DNA of 64,000 nucleotides, from positions 15,657,873-15,721,872 of the forward strand of contig NC_083409.1 in assembly GCF_020745735.1 (NCBI RefSeq), in the 5' to 3' direction. The notes beneath the pieces were generated by a model that saw only the letters and a list, made by a program, of their open reading frames with translations, made no database searches and was not told the origin of the DNA. Below are positions 24,941-39,165 of this stretch, piece by piece (positions within the stretch are counted from its first letter, which is position 1; each line of letters begins with the position of its first letter). The DNA comes from Hemiscyllium ocellatum. Its lineage: Eukaryota. Made by a program: the position numbers and the translations under genes.

Positions 24941-26329
24941 AAAGCTCTATCTGGAATGTGTGCCTCTCTGAGTGTGAGTGTTTAACTTAATGCTGCTTGG
25001 AGGGGTCTCTCTCAGTGTGGATTTGTTACTCAGAGAGACACCTACAGGCAGCGTTCAGTAACGCACCCACATTCGGAGACACCTGTCTGCAGCATGGAGT
25101 GTGATCATGGTCCTCAGTGCAACCTGTCTCACAGAGTGAGTGTGTTACTCTGTGCTGTCTGTAGGTGTCTCTCTGAGGTATGTGTCTCCGAGTGATGGAT
25201 TGAGAATGGGCTTTGTGCTGGGGATTGAAGATTAGGCTTTAATCTTCTCAAATCATGAATGGAAAACAGTTCTGCTGATTCAGTCTGAGATGGCAGCTCA
25301 TTCAGATGGCCAAAGTTAAAAAACACACAACTCCAGGTGATAGTCAAACAGGTTTATTTCAAAGTAGAAGCGTTCAGAGCACTGTTTCTTCATCAGGTAG
25401 CTGGAGGGGCAGGATCATTGGACACAGAATTTATAGTAAATTCAGATGGCAGCTGAAAAAGGTGAATACTGAGAGTGTATTCTCAGTAAGGGAGGGATTT
25501 CAGAGGCAGTGGGCACTGTGCTCCCTCATGCAGAAATGTCGATTTTCCTGCTCCTCAGATGCTGCCTGACCTGCTGTGCTTTTCCAGCACTACTCTAATC
25601 TAGACTGTGCTCCCTAATGTGATGTCCAATTACAAGGGGACTTTCTGAATCCAGGGTCAATGGTGGCTGCCTGCCCAGCCAATGCTGGCTCCCCATAGTC
25701 ATATTTCAGTGGTTAATTAACCCAAAACAAGGTGCAGAAATATTACCTTCCAGGGAGGGGAGCTGTCTGAGGGAGGGAGGTTGAATTCTTGCAGCCCCAA
25801 GAGAGGTTGCGGTGGATTAATGACAGGTATGACCACCATGAAGGTGCCACTTTCTCTCCCCCTGCTACAGCTGTAATGACCCTCAGGTTAAAAGTGTGAC
25901 TGCTCTGGGATGATGACCACATTCCTGGGTGATGGAGGGAAGGCCAACCTCTCCCAAAGGCAGCACAGGCTGGATCGAAGGTGAAACAAGAGTAAGCATG
26001 GGGAGATTGAGGGTGACAGAAGGAGGGGGTTGGTTGGCAGGTTGTTATTCAGAGTCAGGTCCCAGAGTATCAGTCCTTCTGACATTCCCCTTTTTATCTG
26101 TCAGCCAGGGCTCCCTGATTGGACAAAGTTAACCGTCCCTGTCAGAGAACTCATATTTCATCAAAAAGAATAAAACATTTATTGAACAAGGAGCTCAAGA
26201 GCTAAATGACATTCAACAAAATGAATGGTTTGAAAGATTTCATTATGGACACTGCAAATAAGATTTGGTGAAGAACTTTTTCACTCAACAGGTGGTGGGA
26301 ATCCGGAATGGACTGTCATAAAATCCCTA

Positions 26330-26625
26330 CAGTGAGGAAACAGGCCACTTGGCCCAACATGTCAACACTGACCCTTGGAAGAGTAACCTACCCAAGACCC
26401 AATCCCCTGTCTTATTACTCTGCTTTTCCCCTGACTAATGAGCCTAACCTACACATCCCTGACCACTGTGGGCAACTTAGCATGGCCAATTCACCTAACC
26501 TGCACGTCTTTAGACTGTGGGAGGAAACCAGAGCACCCAGAAGAAACCTACGCAGGCACTTGGAGAATGTGCAAACTCCACACAGACAGTTGCCTGAGGC
26601 TGGAATTGAACCTGGGTCAAAACAC
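26330..26625 (-). mobile_element. V-SINE (HE1-like)
   Basis: Reverse complement of the 2136-2415 family. Confidence 0.8.
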
Positions 26626-26629
26626 CCAA

Positions 26630-29425
26630 TCCAGCCTTGACTTCGCTCCAGCATCTGCCTCCACTTCTGGCCCCTCCCACTCTGCAACCAGGACTGAGAC
26701 TACATTTCCCAGAGTCCCCCTGAGTCCAACTGCCTACCTGCAGCCAGCCAGCACACTCGCTCTCCCTCCTCACCCATCCACCCCCACAGTGCACCCTATC
26801 CCTCCACTTCTCCCTCTTCACCACATCCCCACCTTCCCACTCCTACACCTCACTCCATAACCCACCTCCACTCCAATATCCTTTCTCTCCCACACCCATT
26901 CTCTCCCATTCCCATTACCCTTTCCCCCTCCCCTCCTTCAGCCATCTCAGACCCCCCTGAAAACCTCGTCCCCCACCCCGAGCCTTGCCCCTTATTTACC
27001 ACCCCCTCACGACCTCGAACTCTCTGAGATCCATCCTGAGAAAAGGGCTCACATTCGTTGCCTACTTCAAAAAACCCCGCGCCCACCAGGACGTGGAGCT
27101 CTTCTTCCGCCGCCTCTACCTCCGTGTCTTCTTCTTTAACAAAAACTCCCAAACTCCCTCTGAGGACCCCTTCTCCCACCTCCAACCTTCCTCCTCCACT
27201 TGGTCACCCCCCCACCCCCCCCCCACCAACAGCTGTGTACACACCCTAGAGCTCTTTATTGCTGACCACTGATGTGACATCATCTGCCTCAATTTCTCCA
27301 CCACCCTCACCCTCTCCAATCACCCCTCCTCCAAACGTGCAGCAATCCACTCTCTCCGTACCAACCCCTGGTTCACCATCAAACCCACTGACAAAGGCGG
27401 TAGTCTGGGGAATGGACCTCTATGTCGCAGAGGCCGAACCCCAACTCTCTGACACCACGTTCTGCCTCCCCCTTGCCCATGACCCCACTGTGACCCATCA
27501 GGCCAAAATCACTCACACTGTCTGTGCCCCCATTGCCTCCAGTGATCTCCCCTCCACTGTCTCCAATCTCACAGTCCCCCAGCCCTGCACTGCCCAGTTC
27601 TACCTGCTCCCCAAGATCCACAAACCCAACTACACCGGCCGACCCATCATCTCAACATGCTCCTGCCCCACCGAACTCCTCTCATCCTACCTCAACTCCA
27701 TCCTCTCCTCCTTGGTTCAGGCACTTCCCACCTACATCCGTGACACCAACCATGCCCTCCATCTCTTCAGTAACCTTCAGTTCCCAGGCCTCCAGCACTT
27801 TACCTTCACTATGGACAGTCCTTATATACGTCCATACCCAACAAGATCAGCCTCCTGGCCCTCTGCTTTTTTCTCTCCAACAGATCCATCCACTCCCCCT
27901 CCACCAATACCCTCCTCCATCTGGCCCAACTGGTCCTCACCCTCAACAACTTTTCCTTTACCTCCTCCCAGTTCCTCTAAATCCAGGGGTGGCTATGAGT
28001 ACCTGGATGGGCCCCAGCTCCCCCTGCCCCTTTATTGGCTATGCTGAACAGTCCCTCTTCAGTGCCTACACAGGCACTGTGCCCCAGCTCTGCTACCATT
28101 ACATCGATGACTGCATTGGTGCAGTGACCTGCACCCAGGCTGAACTGGAGCAGTTCATCGTCTTCGCCCACAACTTCCACCATACTCTCAAATTCACTTG
28201 GTCCACCTCGGACACCTCCCTCCCCTTCATTGACCTCTCCATTCCCATCCCCAGCGACAGTGTTCAGATAGACATTTACTGCAAACTCACAGACTCCCAT
28301 TATTACCCAGACTATGCATTCTCACACCCAGTGTCCTGCAAGAACTCTATCCCATTCTTCCAATTCCTCCACCTCTGCTCTATCTGCTCGGATGAGGAAA
28401 CATTCCACTCCGAAGTATTCCAGATGTCCACCTATTTCGAACAACATGCTTTTGCTCCCTCTGTCATCCATCGCACCACCTCCATTTCCCATTCCACTGC
28501 TCTAAACCCACCCCCTCCAAACAGAATAAAGACAGAGTGCCCATTGTCCTCACCTATCACCCAAACCAATCTCTGTATACAACACATCATCCTATTCCGC
28601 CAACCCCAACAAGACCCCACCACCAAGAATCTCTTCCTCACGCTACCCCTGTCTGCCTTCCACAAGGACTGTTCTCTTTGACAATTCTTGGTTTGCACCA
28701 CTCTCTCCACCATCTCTCCTGAACCCCCCGGTACCTTCCCCTGCAAACGGAAATGATGCAAAGCCTGCTGGTACACCAACCCCAGCACCTCCATCCAGGG
28801 CCCCAAACAGTCCTTCCAGGTGAGACAGAGGTTCACCTGCCTCTCCTCCAACCGAGTTTACTGCATCAGGTGACGGCGATGTGGTCTTCTCTACATCTGG
28901 AAGACCAAACATAAACTTAGGCAGCGGTTGGTCGTGCATCTCAGCTGGGCCTGTAGGGGCCGACCAGACCTCCCAGTCACCACCCATTTTAATTCCCCTT
29001 CCCACTCCCTTTCCAACATGACCATCCTTGGCCTCCTCCATTGCCACAATGAACCAAACTGCAAATTGGAGGAACAATACCTCATCTTCTGCCTGAGCAG
29101 CCTACAGCCCAGAGGATTCAACACTGAGTTCTCCAATTTCAAATATCTTCCCTTGTCATCCCCTGACTCCCTCCCCAGCCCCTCCCATCTCTTCCAGTCC
29201 TCTCTGCCACCAAACAGATTCATTCCTTCCATTGACGAATCAGGTCGTGTCCTCTGCCTGTCTTCATCTATCCCCGTTCTCCACTCTGCCCCTGCCACCC
29301 CCTTTATCTGCAGCTCCGCCTACACCCACCACCATTCCTGAAGAAGAGTTACACCGAAAACATTAACTTCTTCACCGCCTGATGCTGCCTGACTTGCTGT
29401 GTTCCTCCAGCCTCCTGCCTGTCAT
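26630..29425 (+). mobile_element. Penelope-like retroelement, degraded (RT + GIY-YIG endonuclease + terminal repeat)
   Basis: RT motifs FYLLPKIHKP, GRPIIS, YHYIDDCIG, LPFIDL. GIY-YIG-type C terminus (VYCIR, HFNSPSHS...KLEEQYLIFCLSSLQPRGFN). Hammerhead-like cctgaagaag-...-gaaaac at about 29335-29360. Confidence 0.88.
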
Positions 29426-29759
29426 TGAATGGAACCAGCAGGAAAGGGCTGGACAATCAAGGGTCAGGGCCATCAACAAATGGGAATGGGACACACTACA
29501 GATAGATGCATTGAGACAGTCAATTACAAAGAGAAGACCAAACTGGAAATGAAACACTCATACACAGTGGACAGAATTTAATATCAGAAAGTGAGACCAT
29601 GCACTTTGTTCAGAATAATCGAAAGGCCGACTAGTATTTAAATAGTGAGAGATTCCAACAAAGTGCAATACAGAGTGATCTGAGTAGTATTGTGCATGAA
29701 ACACAGAAAGTAAGTACAGCAAGGAATTGAGAAGGCGAATGGAATTTTAGATTACTTAC

Positions 29760-30060
29760 AGTGTGGAAACAGGCCCTTCGGCCCAACAAGTCCACACCAA
29801 CCTGCCAAAGTGCAACCCATCCATACCTCTACATTTACCCCTTACCTAACACTACAGGCAATTTAACATGGCCAATTCACCTGACCCGCACATCTTTGGA
29901 CTGTGGGAGGAAACCGGAGCACCCACAGGAAACCCACGCAGACACGGGGAGAACATGCAAACTCCACACAGTCAGTCGTCTGAGTCGGGAATTGAACCTG
30001 GGTCTCAGGCGCTGTGAGACAGCAGTGCTAACCACTGTCCACCGTGCCGCCCACACGGCC
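29760..30060 (-). mobile_element. V-SINE (HE1-like), well preserved
   Basis: The minus strand has A/B boxes (ggttagcactg, ggttcaattcc) and the conserved core. Confidence 0.85.
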
Positions 30061-33000
30061 ACCCACAACCTTTGTTGTCTGGGGTTGGAATTTAAAAGTA
30101 GAGAAATCTTCTTAAATCTTTAAAGGGTATTAGTGAGCCTGCATTTGAAGTATTGTGTGCAATTTTTGTCCCTGTATTTAAGAAATGATGGACTCCTGCT
30201 TCTATTTCTCATGTCCTTGTGTGCTTCAGTGTCCTTCCCTCACAGCACAACTGGTTTGTCCCCTGCCTGCAGTAGCAGCCTCCAGTCTCTGGGTGGTGCT
30301 GCCATATGATCTGCCTTGCCCAGGCTGTCACAATTCCCACATCACAGCAATGCCAGGACTTCGGAAGTATTGAATTGGCTTTAAAACATTTTCCAACATC
30401 CAAGCTCAAAAACGGCAAAATACGAATATAATTCTCTCTCGTTTTATGTTTTGTCTCCAAGCCTTCCCACCTGTCATCCAACAACATCGCACACTTGTGT
30501 AAAATCTGGAATGGATCATGAATCTCTGGGAGAACTTACTTTGTGACAACACTGGGTCTAATGACCACATCCTCAGTGTGCTTTGAGGATGAAGGTCAAT
30601 AGCAGTCTCACTGGGACTTGATCTGAATTGTCTCCAGTCAGTCAGTGCTTTTGTCTGGTCCAAACAGCATTGACTAACCTTAGACCCCTGTGATCTGATT
30701 GAGATGAAGGGTGAGCTGTGCTGGACTTTCACTCATGGCTCACACACATGGTGAAGTAGGGGTTACCCATTTCAGAAGAGTAAATGGAACGAACGAACCG
30801 GGTGGATGTGACATCCCTACCTGTCCCCAAGAGAGTGGAGACAGGAACAGTAATATTCTCACACAGAAAGGATGGTAAAAATTTTAACCCACAGAGAGAG
30901 AGGGGACAGGAAAAGCAATGCTCCCTAAAGACATGGGACAGTATCTGTCTGTTCCCCACTTTCTTGTTGTGTTGTGACCTTGGGAAATTGGTTTGGTTTA
31001 TATTTTCTCCATTGTATTTAGGTTTGATGAGGTGATTCATTAACAAGGATTCCAATTGCATATTTCCTGTAGCAGCAGATCCATTGAAGATCACATTTTC
31101 ATTTGGAATTTGCCCAAGTTTCTGTGCAGGCTGATGCAGCATGGTCTACCAGTGCTGCTCCTATTGGGCTAAACCATCACACACGAGGGAATCTGACGGA
31201 CACTTTCTCTTTGTGCTGACAAAGGGAGAGTTTTGGTTTTACTGCGATGGTGGCCAGAGAAATTAGTCAGTGGATGTAGTTTCAACTGAGCAGAATGTTC
31301 TGATGTTCATGATGGGATTAACCACGACAGTTCCCACTTACCTTTACACTGACAGTGGGGCAGGAAGTCACCACACAGTGGTCTCCTGGCTCACACTGAG
31401 AAACCAAGTTGATGGTCTAACTGCAGAGAGCAAGACAATGGCTTTGACTAACCGAACAACCAGAGGCTTCAGCCAACATCTGGGTCACCGGCAAATGGCG
31501 TGTTGTATAAACTCTCAGTATCTCAGGGAACATTCATTGACAAACATAACTACAAAATGGAACAGGATATTGTTTATGAAAATTGGCATTGCAAAAATAA
31601 AATCCAAACACATTATAGATAATCTCATTTCAAAGACTACAGCATTTTCTTTGAAAACTGGACGATAGTGAGATGAGAAATCAAACACCCATCCACTCCG
31701 TCACACAGAGTTGAAGACGCACTGTCCTCATCATAACAGGTTTGCAAGCATCTGAATAACACATAAGTGGAGAGAAACATTGCAAACTGTATTATCATGA
31801 GAGAGGATCCATTAAAACCTAGAACCATGATGTTAAATGCTCCCTGCTATAAACAACACTGATGCATTCACATCATTGGAATGTTAAATTATTTAAATCT
31901 CAAGAGGCATTGATGATTTTTTTCCAAGTCCATAGCAAGGAAGCAGCAGCTGACATATGAACTCTAACAAAATGATAACAGGCACTGAATACAGAGCTGA
32001 CTCCAGAGAGAGAAGAAAAATCAACAGCAGAAATCTGTCCAGTGCTAGGAGAATTTTAGACAAGACAGTTTGTTGCCAGCAGCTTGAAAACTCCAGTACG
32101 GTCAGAAAGAGAAAAAGGACAATGTGCAGATTGTTGAACAGGCCCCTACACCTGGGCCTGAGGGAGGAGCCCAAGCTCCAACACACTGGCCTCACGTCAC
32201 ACCAACCTTCACACAGTGCGGGGTCATGAACTCCGGCCATCAATCCCTCTGGGACAGGGACGGAGTGAGGGAACAGGGACAATTGTAGAAGAGTCAATAA
32301 GGAGTAAAGCAAGATGGAGAGGGTGTTTTGGAAAGGGGTTAGAGGAGGACATATACTTTGTGCCACTCAGTACTGACATCATCTACGTGTTTCACAGAAT
32401 GAACAAAACAGCACACTGTGAAGACAAACGAAAGTCACATCAAAGTACTTTTCTTATCACAGGGGACATTTTCATTGTGGTGTGATAAGTACCCTGCTTC
32501 TAAAGCTGCACTGCCTCTCTATGGGTCTCTATAGATTCAGCCTCTTTGCTCTAAGCAGAGTCCCAGTTAATTTTTTACTGATCAGGGACAATGAAGCACT
32601 ACCCTCTAGTGGCGAGAGAGCGCTTGCACTGATGCTGAGGATTATGGGTAAAGTCCCCTTCCATTGGCGCCCACACACACCAGCAGCCACTTCAGCTGCT
32701 TTATTGAAAACCACAAGCTTTCAAGGTGCTGTTCTTTCAACGGTGGAACTGGACACACGATCAAATGAGTGAGTGGCAGAGGAAGGAGATTCATCCTCTT
32801 GAGCCTGCTCCCCATGGCTGACCTGATTATTCTACATTCTTGCCTTACTCTGATAGATTCTTGAAAGCAATGGCTATCTACCTCTTCATTACAAGCATTC
32901 AGAGGTTTCATTTCTATGTTTGATGAAGAGTTCCGAAGATCCATGACCTTATGCAAGAAAAAGAACCTGCTTATCTCCGTCTTCTATGAGGGAATTTGTT

Positions 33001-35399
33001 TTAATTTGATATTCTCGCTGAAAAGGAAACATGCTTTTCACATCCACGCTGTATTCTATGCTCATGTTGATATAGCATCTGCTTTAATCAGCTGCTCTCT
33101 TATGAGAACAGCAGCCTATCCTGCCACCTTCAGTGACTGATGCACAAAAATATCCAGATCCAAGTACCCCTACACCCATCCATACTTGTACCCTTTAGTT
33201 TGTTTTGTCTCCCCTGTTTTCTTTCCAAAATGAATCAGTGACATCTCTTTCCATTAAATTGTTTCTACAGCTATCTGCTCATTCCATTAACTTCTCTACA
33301 TCCTTTTTGAAGTTAGAACTATCTTCTTCATCAGCTGTAATACATCCAAGTTTCATACCATCAGCAAATTTTGAAGTTATGCCTTGTGCACTCAGGTTAA
33401 CATAGATTTAAATATTTTAAATATTTTTTTAAATGAACTATTTTATAAACTATTGTAAATTAAACCACAAATTTATTGCCCATCCCTAGTTACTCGGACT
33501 GAGTTCTGAGCCAGATTATGGGGCCATTAAGAATGAATCACGTCACTGTGGGACTGGAGTCACAGACGGGATGATGACTGGGTTCCCTTGTCCAAACTAC
33601 ATTCATGAACACGACATTGAGTTTCATGGGTTTTATTGTTCCGATCGCAGCGCCTTCCTTCCCAGATATTATATGGCTCACCACCGCCCTCTCCAGGACA
33701 ATTAGGAAAGGGCAAAAAATAGCAGCCACTTTTGTGCCCACCCATCCTCGGAGAAATCAATATAAATGGGATACTCTTCAAATGATCAAACTGGTGAAGC
33801 TTGAATTCATCTCTTTGAAAGACTGGACCCTCGGCCAGAAACAGAGCCATGACATGGGTGACCCTGGTTTGTCAGACTGAAAGGTGGAGTGTCCTTCGGA
33901 TTGACACTGGGATCAGACACAAAATGAATTATACTGAAAGACTGAACAAACTGCTATCAAAACGGGTCACCAAACTGGAAAGAGCAGCAATTTATCTGGG
34001 AGACCTCAACAGGTATCAATGGGTGTAAGAGCATTCGGCAGGCAAGTGTCAGATATTGTTGAACACACTAGAAACACAGTCACACAGAAAGGGAAGCAAT
34101 TGGGATAGAGCAGGGAAACGGGAATAACTGAATTTCTCCACTGAGAGCTGGAAGAGGTTTTCTTGGTTGTAACTCCTCTGAGAACAAAAAAGGTTGAAGG
34201 GTGGTCTATATTATAAACAATACTGCAGCACGCAAGAAAGGATTCAAGTGACAGATCTCCTTTAACTTAGAAAAAATATCAGAAATAAAGGTCAATGTGA
34301 TTTTGGATTGAATATTGATAGTGAGGAGATGGAGGGGAGAGTGACCATGGTTAGGTCATGGCTAGAATGGTGCACAGTTAGGGGCTGCTTTGAGGGGCAA
34401 TAGATAATGGGACATGGATAGGGGATCTTGGGTCACAAGAGAAGTGCAGGTTGGCAAATGGAAAATGCCATGGAAAATGCAGGATTACAGGAATAGGGTG
34501 GGGAAGGTGTGCGTCTGGGTGGGATGGCCTTCAAAGGGTCAGTATGAGCTTGCTGGGCTGTGTGTCCTGCTTCCAATCTGTAGGAATTCCTCGATTCTGT
34601 GATTCTATGAAGGCCAGAACAGGATCTTGACAGTGGAGGGAGGGTGTTCTGGTGTTCAAAAGTTCTTAAACAAATAATCACAGTAAATGTAGATTTACTA
34701 TCAGTGCAGATAAACTGAAAGGCAAAATGACATATTCTCCAGTCATATACCAGGTACAGAAAAGAGATCAGGAAAAACATTTTGATGCAGTTATTGGAAT
34801 TGAATGATGAATGATGATAAACAGAATGCTCCATTCAAATAAAGACAGAATTTTAGAATTTCAACAGGCCTGAAGTAAAACAGGAAATCAGGTTCAAATA
34901 GTCATTTGAGAATATAGTACTTGAGTGAGAGAAAACCCTTCTTGTGGAAGCATTTCTTTTTGCCTTGCTTTCTCTCCATGGATGCTGCCTGACCCGCTGG
35001 GATCTTCATTATTTTGCTGCGCTATTTCTTACAAAATGTCTTGTTGGGTGCAAGACAAAAGCTTTGACAAAATGTCTCTTTTTTTTCAGCAACACTTGAA
35101 TTTGGATCAGTTTGGAGAGAAAGCAGGGCCATGGAATCATCTTTCCCTGCCGGGAGGGAGGGAGTGTGTGGGGAATCTCCCATGGGCAGGGTTCTCCTGG
35201 CTGCCACCACATCAGGAAGGCTGGAGCTTGATGATCGAGCTGAATGGACAGGGCTCGCTCTCACAGTCCTCAGGGCCATGGAACCTCTTGTGATGGGAGC
35301 ATCTGCTTGGTGTCGAGGGCAAGCAATGACATTGCAGTGGGATTGGAAATGGATGCTGCACAATGGCTGCACCGATTCTTCCTCTCTGCCTGATCCCTC

Positions 35400-36150
35400 C
35401 CCACGCACAGGAGAAGTTGCATTAGAAACCTGTTCTAAAGGGCTACAACCCACTGCAGCACTCCCAACCTGCAAAGAGAAGTTCACTTCTACAAAGACTT
35501 TGCCAAGGACAGATATTCCTGCAACTTCATCCACAGGTGCATAACAGACAAACAACGCGATGAGGGTATGCCACGACCTAACCCACTAGCCACACTGCCT
35601 TATATAAAAACATCACAGAACTCCACCCACTCATAAACAGCCCAGAAACTGATAGCCACGCTCAGACAACCCACGAGAACAAAAGGCCCAATACCCACCG
35701 TGTGAAAGACAGATGGAGTTTACAAGAATCCATGTAATGTTTGCACAAAACACCTCGGACAAACAGACAGACAACTAGCCATCCACATCCATGAACACCA
35801 ACGAGCCACTAAACCCCATGAGCAGCTGTCCCGAGTAGCTATACACACAGATGACAAGGACCACAAATTCGATTGGGCCAACACTATGATCATAGGACAA
35901 GCTCAACAGAGGACAGCCAGAGAATTTATAGAGGCATGACACTTATCCATGGGCTCCATCAATAAACACATTGACCTAGACTCAGTACACCGACCACTTC
36001 AACGAACATCCGGAACCAATAACTGGAAACAGCAGGAATGGAACCAAATAAATTCCAGAAGACACAGCACAACAGCGCTTCACAGGAAGCTCCAAAGCTC
36101 TGAAGATGTCACTGAGACAGGGGACAAAATGTCTACAAATCAACTTCCCA
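35400..36150 (+). mobile_element. Penelope-like element 3' part (second subfamily)
   Basis: HRRSCIRNLF-RATTHCS thumb-like region, GVYK-PC-C...GQT-R-L...HEH GIY-YIG motif, and a terminal ctgaagatgtcac...gacaaaatgtc hammerhead-like repeat. Confidence 0.75.
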
Positions 36151-37036
36151 GCTCGGTGAGCATACCCACAACTACAGCAAGAGTGAGGGGTTTTCCTGTC
36201 CTACAGTGCGCTCCAAATCCTTACCTGCCCTCCTCATTGTCATACCCTTCTGCCCCTTACTACACATGGAATGGGACAGCCTGGTCCTGAGGATTATAAC
36301 ATCCTTCTGGAACAAAGTCTCCAGGTATCTCTGCACCTCCCTGATGTGTCACCAATACTTTCAACTTAGCCTCCAGTCCAAACACCCTGTGTGGGGGTTG
36401 TTGTAGATTTATACATTCACTACAGATGTATTTAATCTGAGTCACTTTAACTCAATAAAGAAATGTTGATCCCATTTACAAATGAAAGATACCCATTCCT
36501 CTATTAAACTAGTAATTGTCTTCAGTATCTGAATTAAAGTTTTCGTGCTTTCCATTTATTGACCTTCCCGAATGGGGGTGTCCCGAAGCAGTACAAGATG
36601 ACATGAGGATATAGACGGGCTGGGAGGGTCAGATGGGCTGATCAGTAACAAGCAGAATTCATTCAGATAAATGTGAGTCAGTGGACTGAGCTCCCCCCTG
36701 ACCATGTGAGTGAGGTGAGGGCAGAGTGACAGTACATGACATCAAGACCTCTTTGATGGTGTGTGGCATCAAGGAGCCTGAGCAATGCAGCAGCTTTTCA
36801 CCTGCTATTCCAGGGAAGGGATCAACATCTGGATCCCTCTGAGCAACTCCTGGGAGTTCTGTCATCCCAAAGGGACACATCCTCTTCCTCAGTTCCCACA
36901 AACAGCAGCAAATCAGCCACACACTGTCCAAACTGTTTGGGGGAGCTGACCTGAACTCTCACAGCCCTGTGCCATGCTCTGCTGGAAGATGGAGGGACTA
37001 TTGGGGAGTCCTTGGCACAGACAGCTCCACCAATAT

Positions 37037-37789
37037 TACATAGAACATAGAACATAGAAGGATACAGCGCAGTACAGGCCCTTCGGCCCTCGATGTTGCG
37101 CCGACCGAGTCCTACCTAACCTATACTAGCCCAATAACTTCCAAATGCCTATCCAATGCCTGCTTAAATGAACATAAAGAAGGAGAGTTCACCACTGATA
37201 CGGGCAGGGCATTCCATGAACTCACAACCCGCTGTGTGAAGAATCTACCCCTAACATCTGTCCTATACCTACCACCCCTTAATTTAAAGCTATGTCCCCT
37301 AGTAACACCTGACTCCATTAGCGGTAAAAGGTTCTTAGTATCTACCCTATCTAAACCCCTAATCATCTTATACACTTCTATCAGATCTCCCCTAAACCTT
37401 CTCTTCTCCAATGAGAACAGCCCCAAGTGCCTCAGCCTTTCCTCATAAGATTTTCCTACCATTCCAGGCAACATCCTGGTAAACCTCCTCTGCACTCGTT
37501 CTAAAGCTTCCACATCCTTCCTATAGTATGGCGACCAAAACTGCACACAATACTCCAGATGAGGCCTCACCAGAGTCTTATACAACTGCAACATGACCTC
37601 AGGACTCCGGAACTCAATTCCTCTGCCAATAAAGCCCAGTACACCATATGCCTTCCTCACAGCACTATTTACCTGGGTGGCAACTTTCAGAGATCTGTGT
37701 ACATAGACACCAAGATCCCTCTGCTCATCCACACTACCAAGTAGCCTACCATTAGCCCAGTAATCCATCATCTTGTTATTCCTACCAAA
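37037..37789 (-). mobile_element. Young 5'-truncated CR1 LINE
   Basis: Uninterrupted frame LYKTLVRPHLEYCVQFWSP...RGDLIEVYKM...TRGHSFKL...FFTQRVVSSWNALP, an intact 3' UTR and a (TTCTATG)n tail. Confidence 0.9.
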
Positions 37790-37899
37790 GTTGGTCTTTA
37801 AACGTGAAGTAGAACTTTTCCTGGTCCTCAGCCCTCCCTGCTCCGATATGGACCAGAACACGTTCAAAATGACCAACTGTGTAAAGACCCACTGCCAGT

Positions 37900-38400
37900 A
37901 AAGTTTTCAATACCTTTGAAAGGTTATGCTTGTTATTACAACTCAACACTGTCCCCAACAAACAGTCTCCTGGACAGGGACAGAATAAGGTTAGATCCAG
38001 AGTAAAGCTCTTTCCATACTGTTCCCACCAAAGACACACAGGACAGGGACAGGATAAGAAACAGAATAAAGCTGTCTCCATACTGTCCTCGTCAAACACT
38101 TCAGGACAGGGACAGCACTGTTTGGGTACAGAGTGAAGCTCTCTCTACAGTGTCACAGTAACCTGCCTTAACCCCTGAACCTCAGAGTCTCCCAGAGGCC
38201 AGTCTCAAGAAGGAAGAGAGTTAAATTCAGTGCTGAAAATGACCTTTGTCCTGCCAGCTCAGCCCTGTTCTATTTAAAGTTGTGTCTCCTCTGTGGACTG
38301 TCTCACACACTCTACACACATTCTGATCTCCTGATGCTCTTGCTGAGGGGAGAGGGGAGTGTCACTTGGGTGAGGGCACAGGAGAAGTGAGCGTTGGACT
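37900..38400 (-). pseudogene. IGKC: Inverted remnant of the 3' end of a kappa C exon plus 3' flank
   Basis: The minus strand from 38400 reads agtccaacgctcacttctcctgtgccctcacccaagtg...gaatgtgtgtag (stop at 38312-38314), followed by the C 3' UTR. No acceptor and no 5' part of the exon. Confidence 0.92.
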
Positions 38401-38884
38401 GGCAGAAATATCAGTTTGAATATTTGTATCGGATACCTAACAAACCCGATGTTTTTTAAATTCCTTTTTGATTGTGGATATTGAAGCCCCCCACCCAGAG
38501 TACAGTCTGTGCCCTCACTACCCTCAGAGCTTCCTCCAAGTGCTGTTCAACATGGAGGAGAGACTGACTCATCAGCCGAGGGCGGACAGTACGTGGTCAT
38601 CAGCCAGAGGTTTCACAGAATCAGAGAATCATACAGTGTAGAAGAGGTCCCTCATCTGATCATGTCTGTCCCACCAAGGCAAAACTAAATCTACTCTCCA
38701 TCAGCTTTCCAGAACTGGATCCAAAGCATTGAATGTTCGGATATTTCAGGTGCCCATCCAGGTATATTTAAAAAGGTGTATTTTATGGGGATCTGCTCTG
38801 CTCTTCTCATAGTGTCATGGCATCTTCTACTGTCCCCTGAGAGGGCAGACATCAGAACATCCTACTTGAAAGATAATCTCTTAG

Positions 38885-39165
38885 CACTGAACCTCTGACA
38901 GTGTTGCACTCCCTCAATATTGACACACCAGCAGTGCAGCACTCCCTCAACATGAACTATCTGATAGTGTGGCACTCCCACGGTATTGACTTTCTGACAG
39001 TGTGGCCTTCCCTCAGTACTCACCCTCTGACAGTACTGCACTCCCTCAGTGCTGACCCATCATTAGTGCAACTCTCCATCAGTACTGACCCTCCAATAGT
39101 GTGGCACTCCCTCAGTGCTGACTTTCTGACAGTGCTGCATTCCCTCAGTGCTGCACTGCACTCTC
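38885..39165 (+). repeat. Imperfect tandem repeat of a roughly 40-bp unit (acagtgtggcactccctcagtactgacc...)
   Basis: About six or seven degenerate copies of the cactccctcagt unit. Confidence 0.8.

Noticed and set aside
25637-25646. GGGACTTTCT, a near NF-kB site 1.7 kb 3' of C
   Set aside because: A single 9/10 match is expected by chance and there is no clustered enhancer evidence.
32642-32956. SOCS-box-like peptide CRIIRSAMGSRLKRMNLLPLPLTHL on the minus strand
   Set aside because: LPLP is present but the BC-box (SLxxLC) and spacing do not fit, and no splice context or upstream domain was found.
38885-39165. Regularly spaced repeats resembling a CRISPR array
   Set aside because: Eukaryotic context, degenerate units, and no unique spacers or cas genes. 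It is an ordinary tandem repeat.
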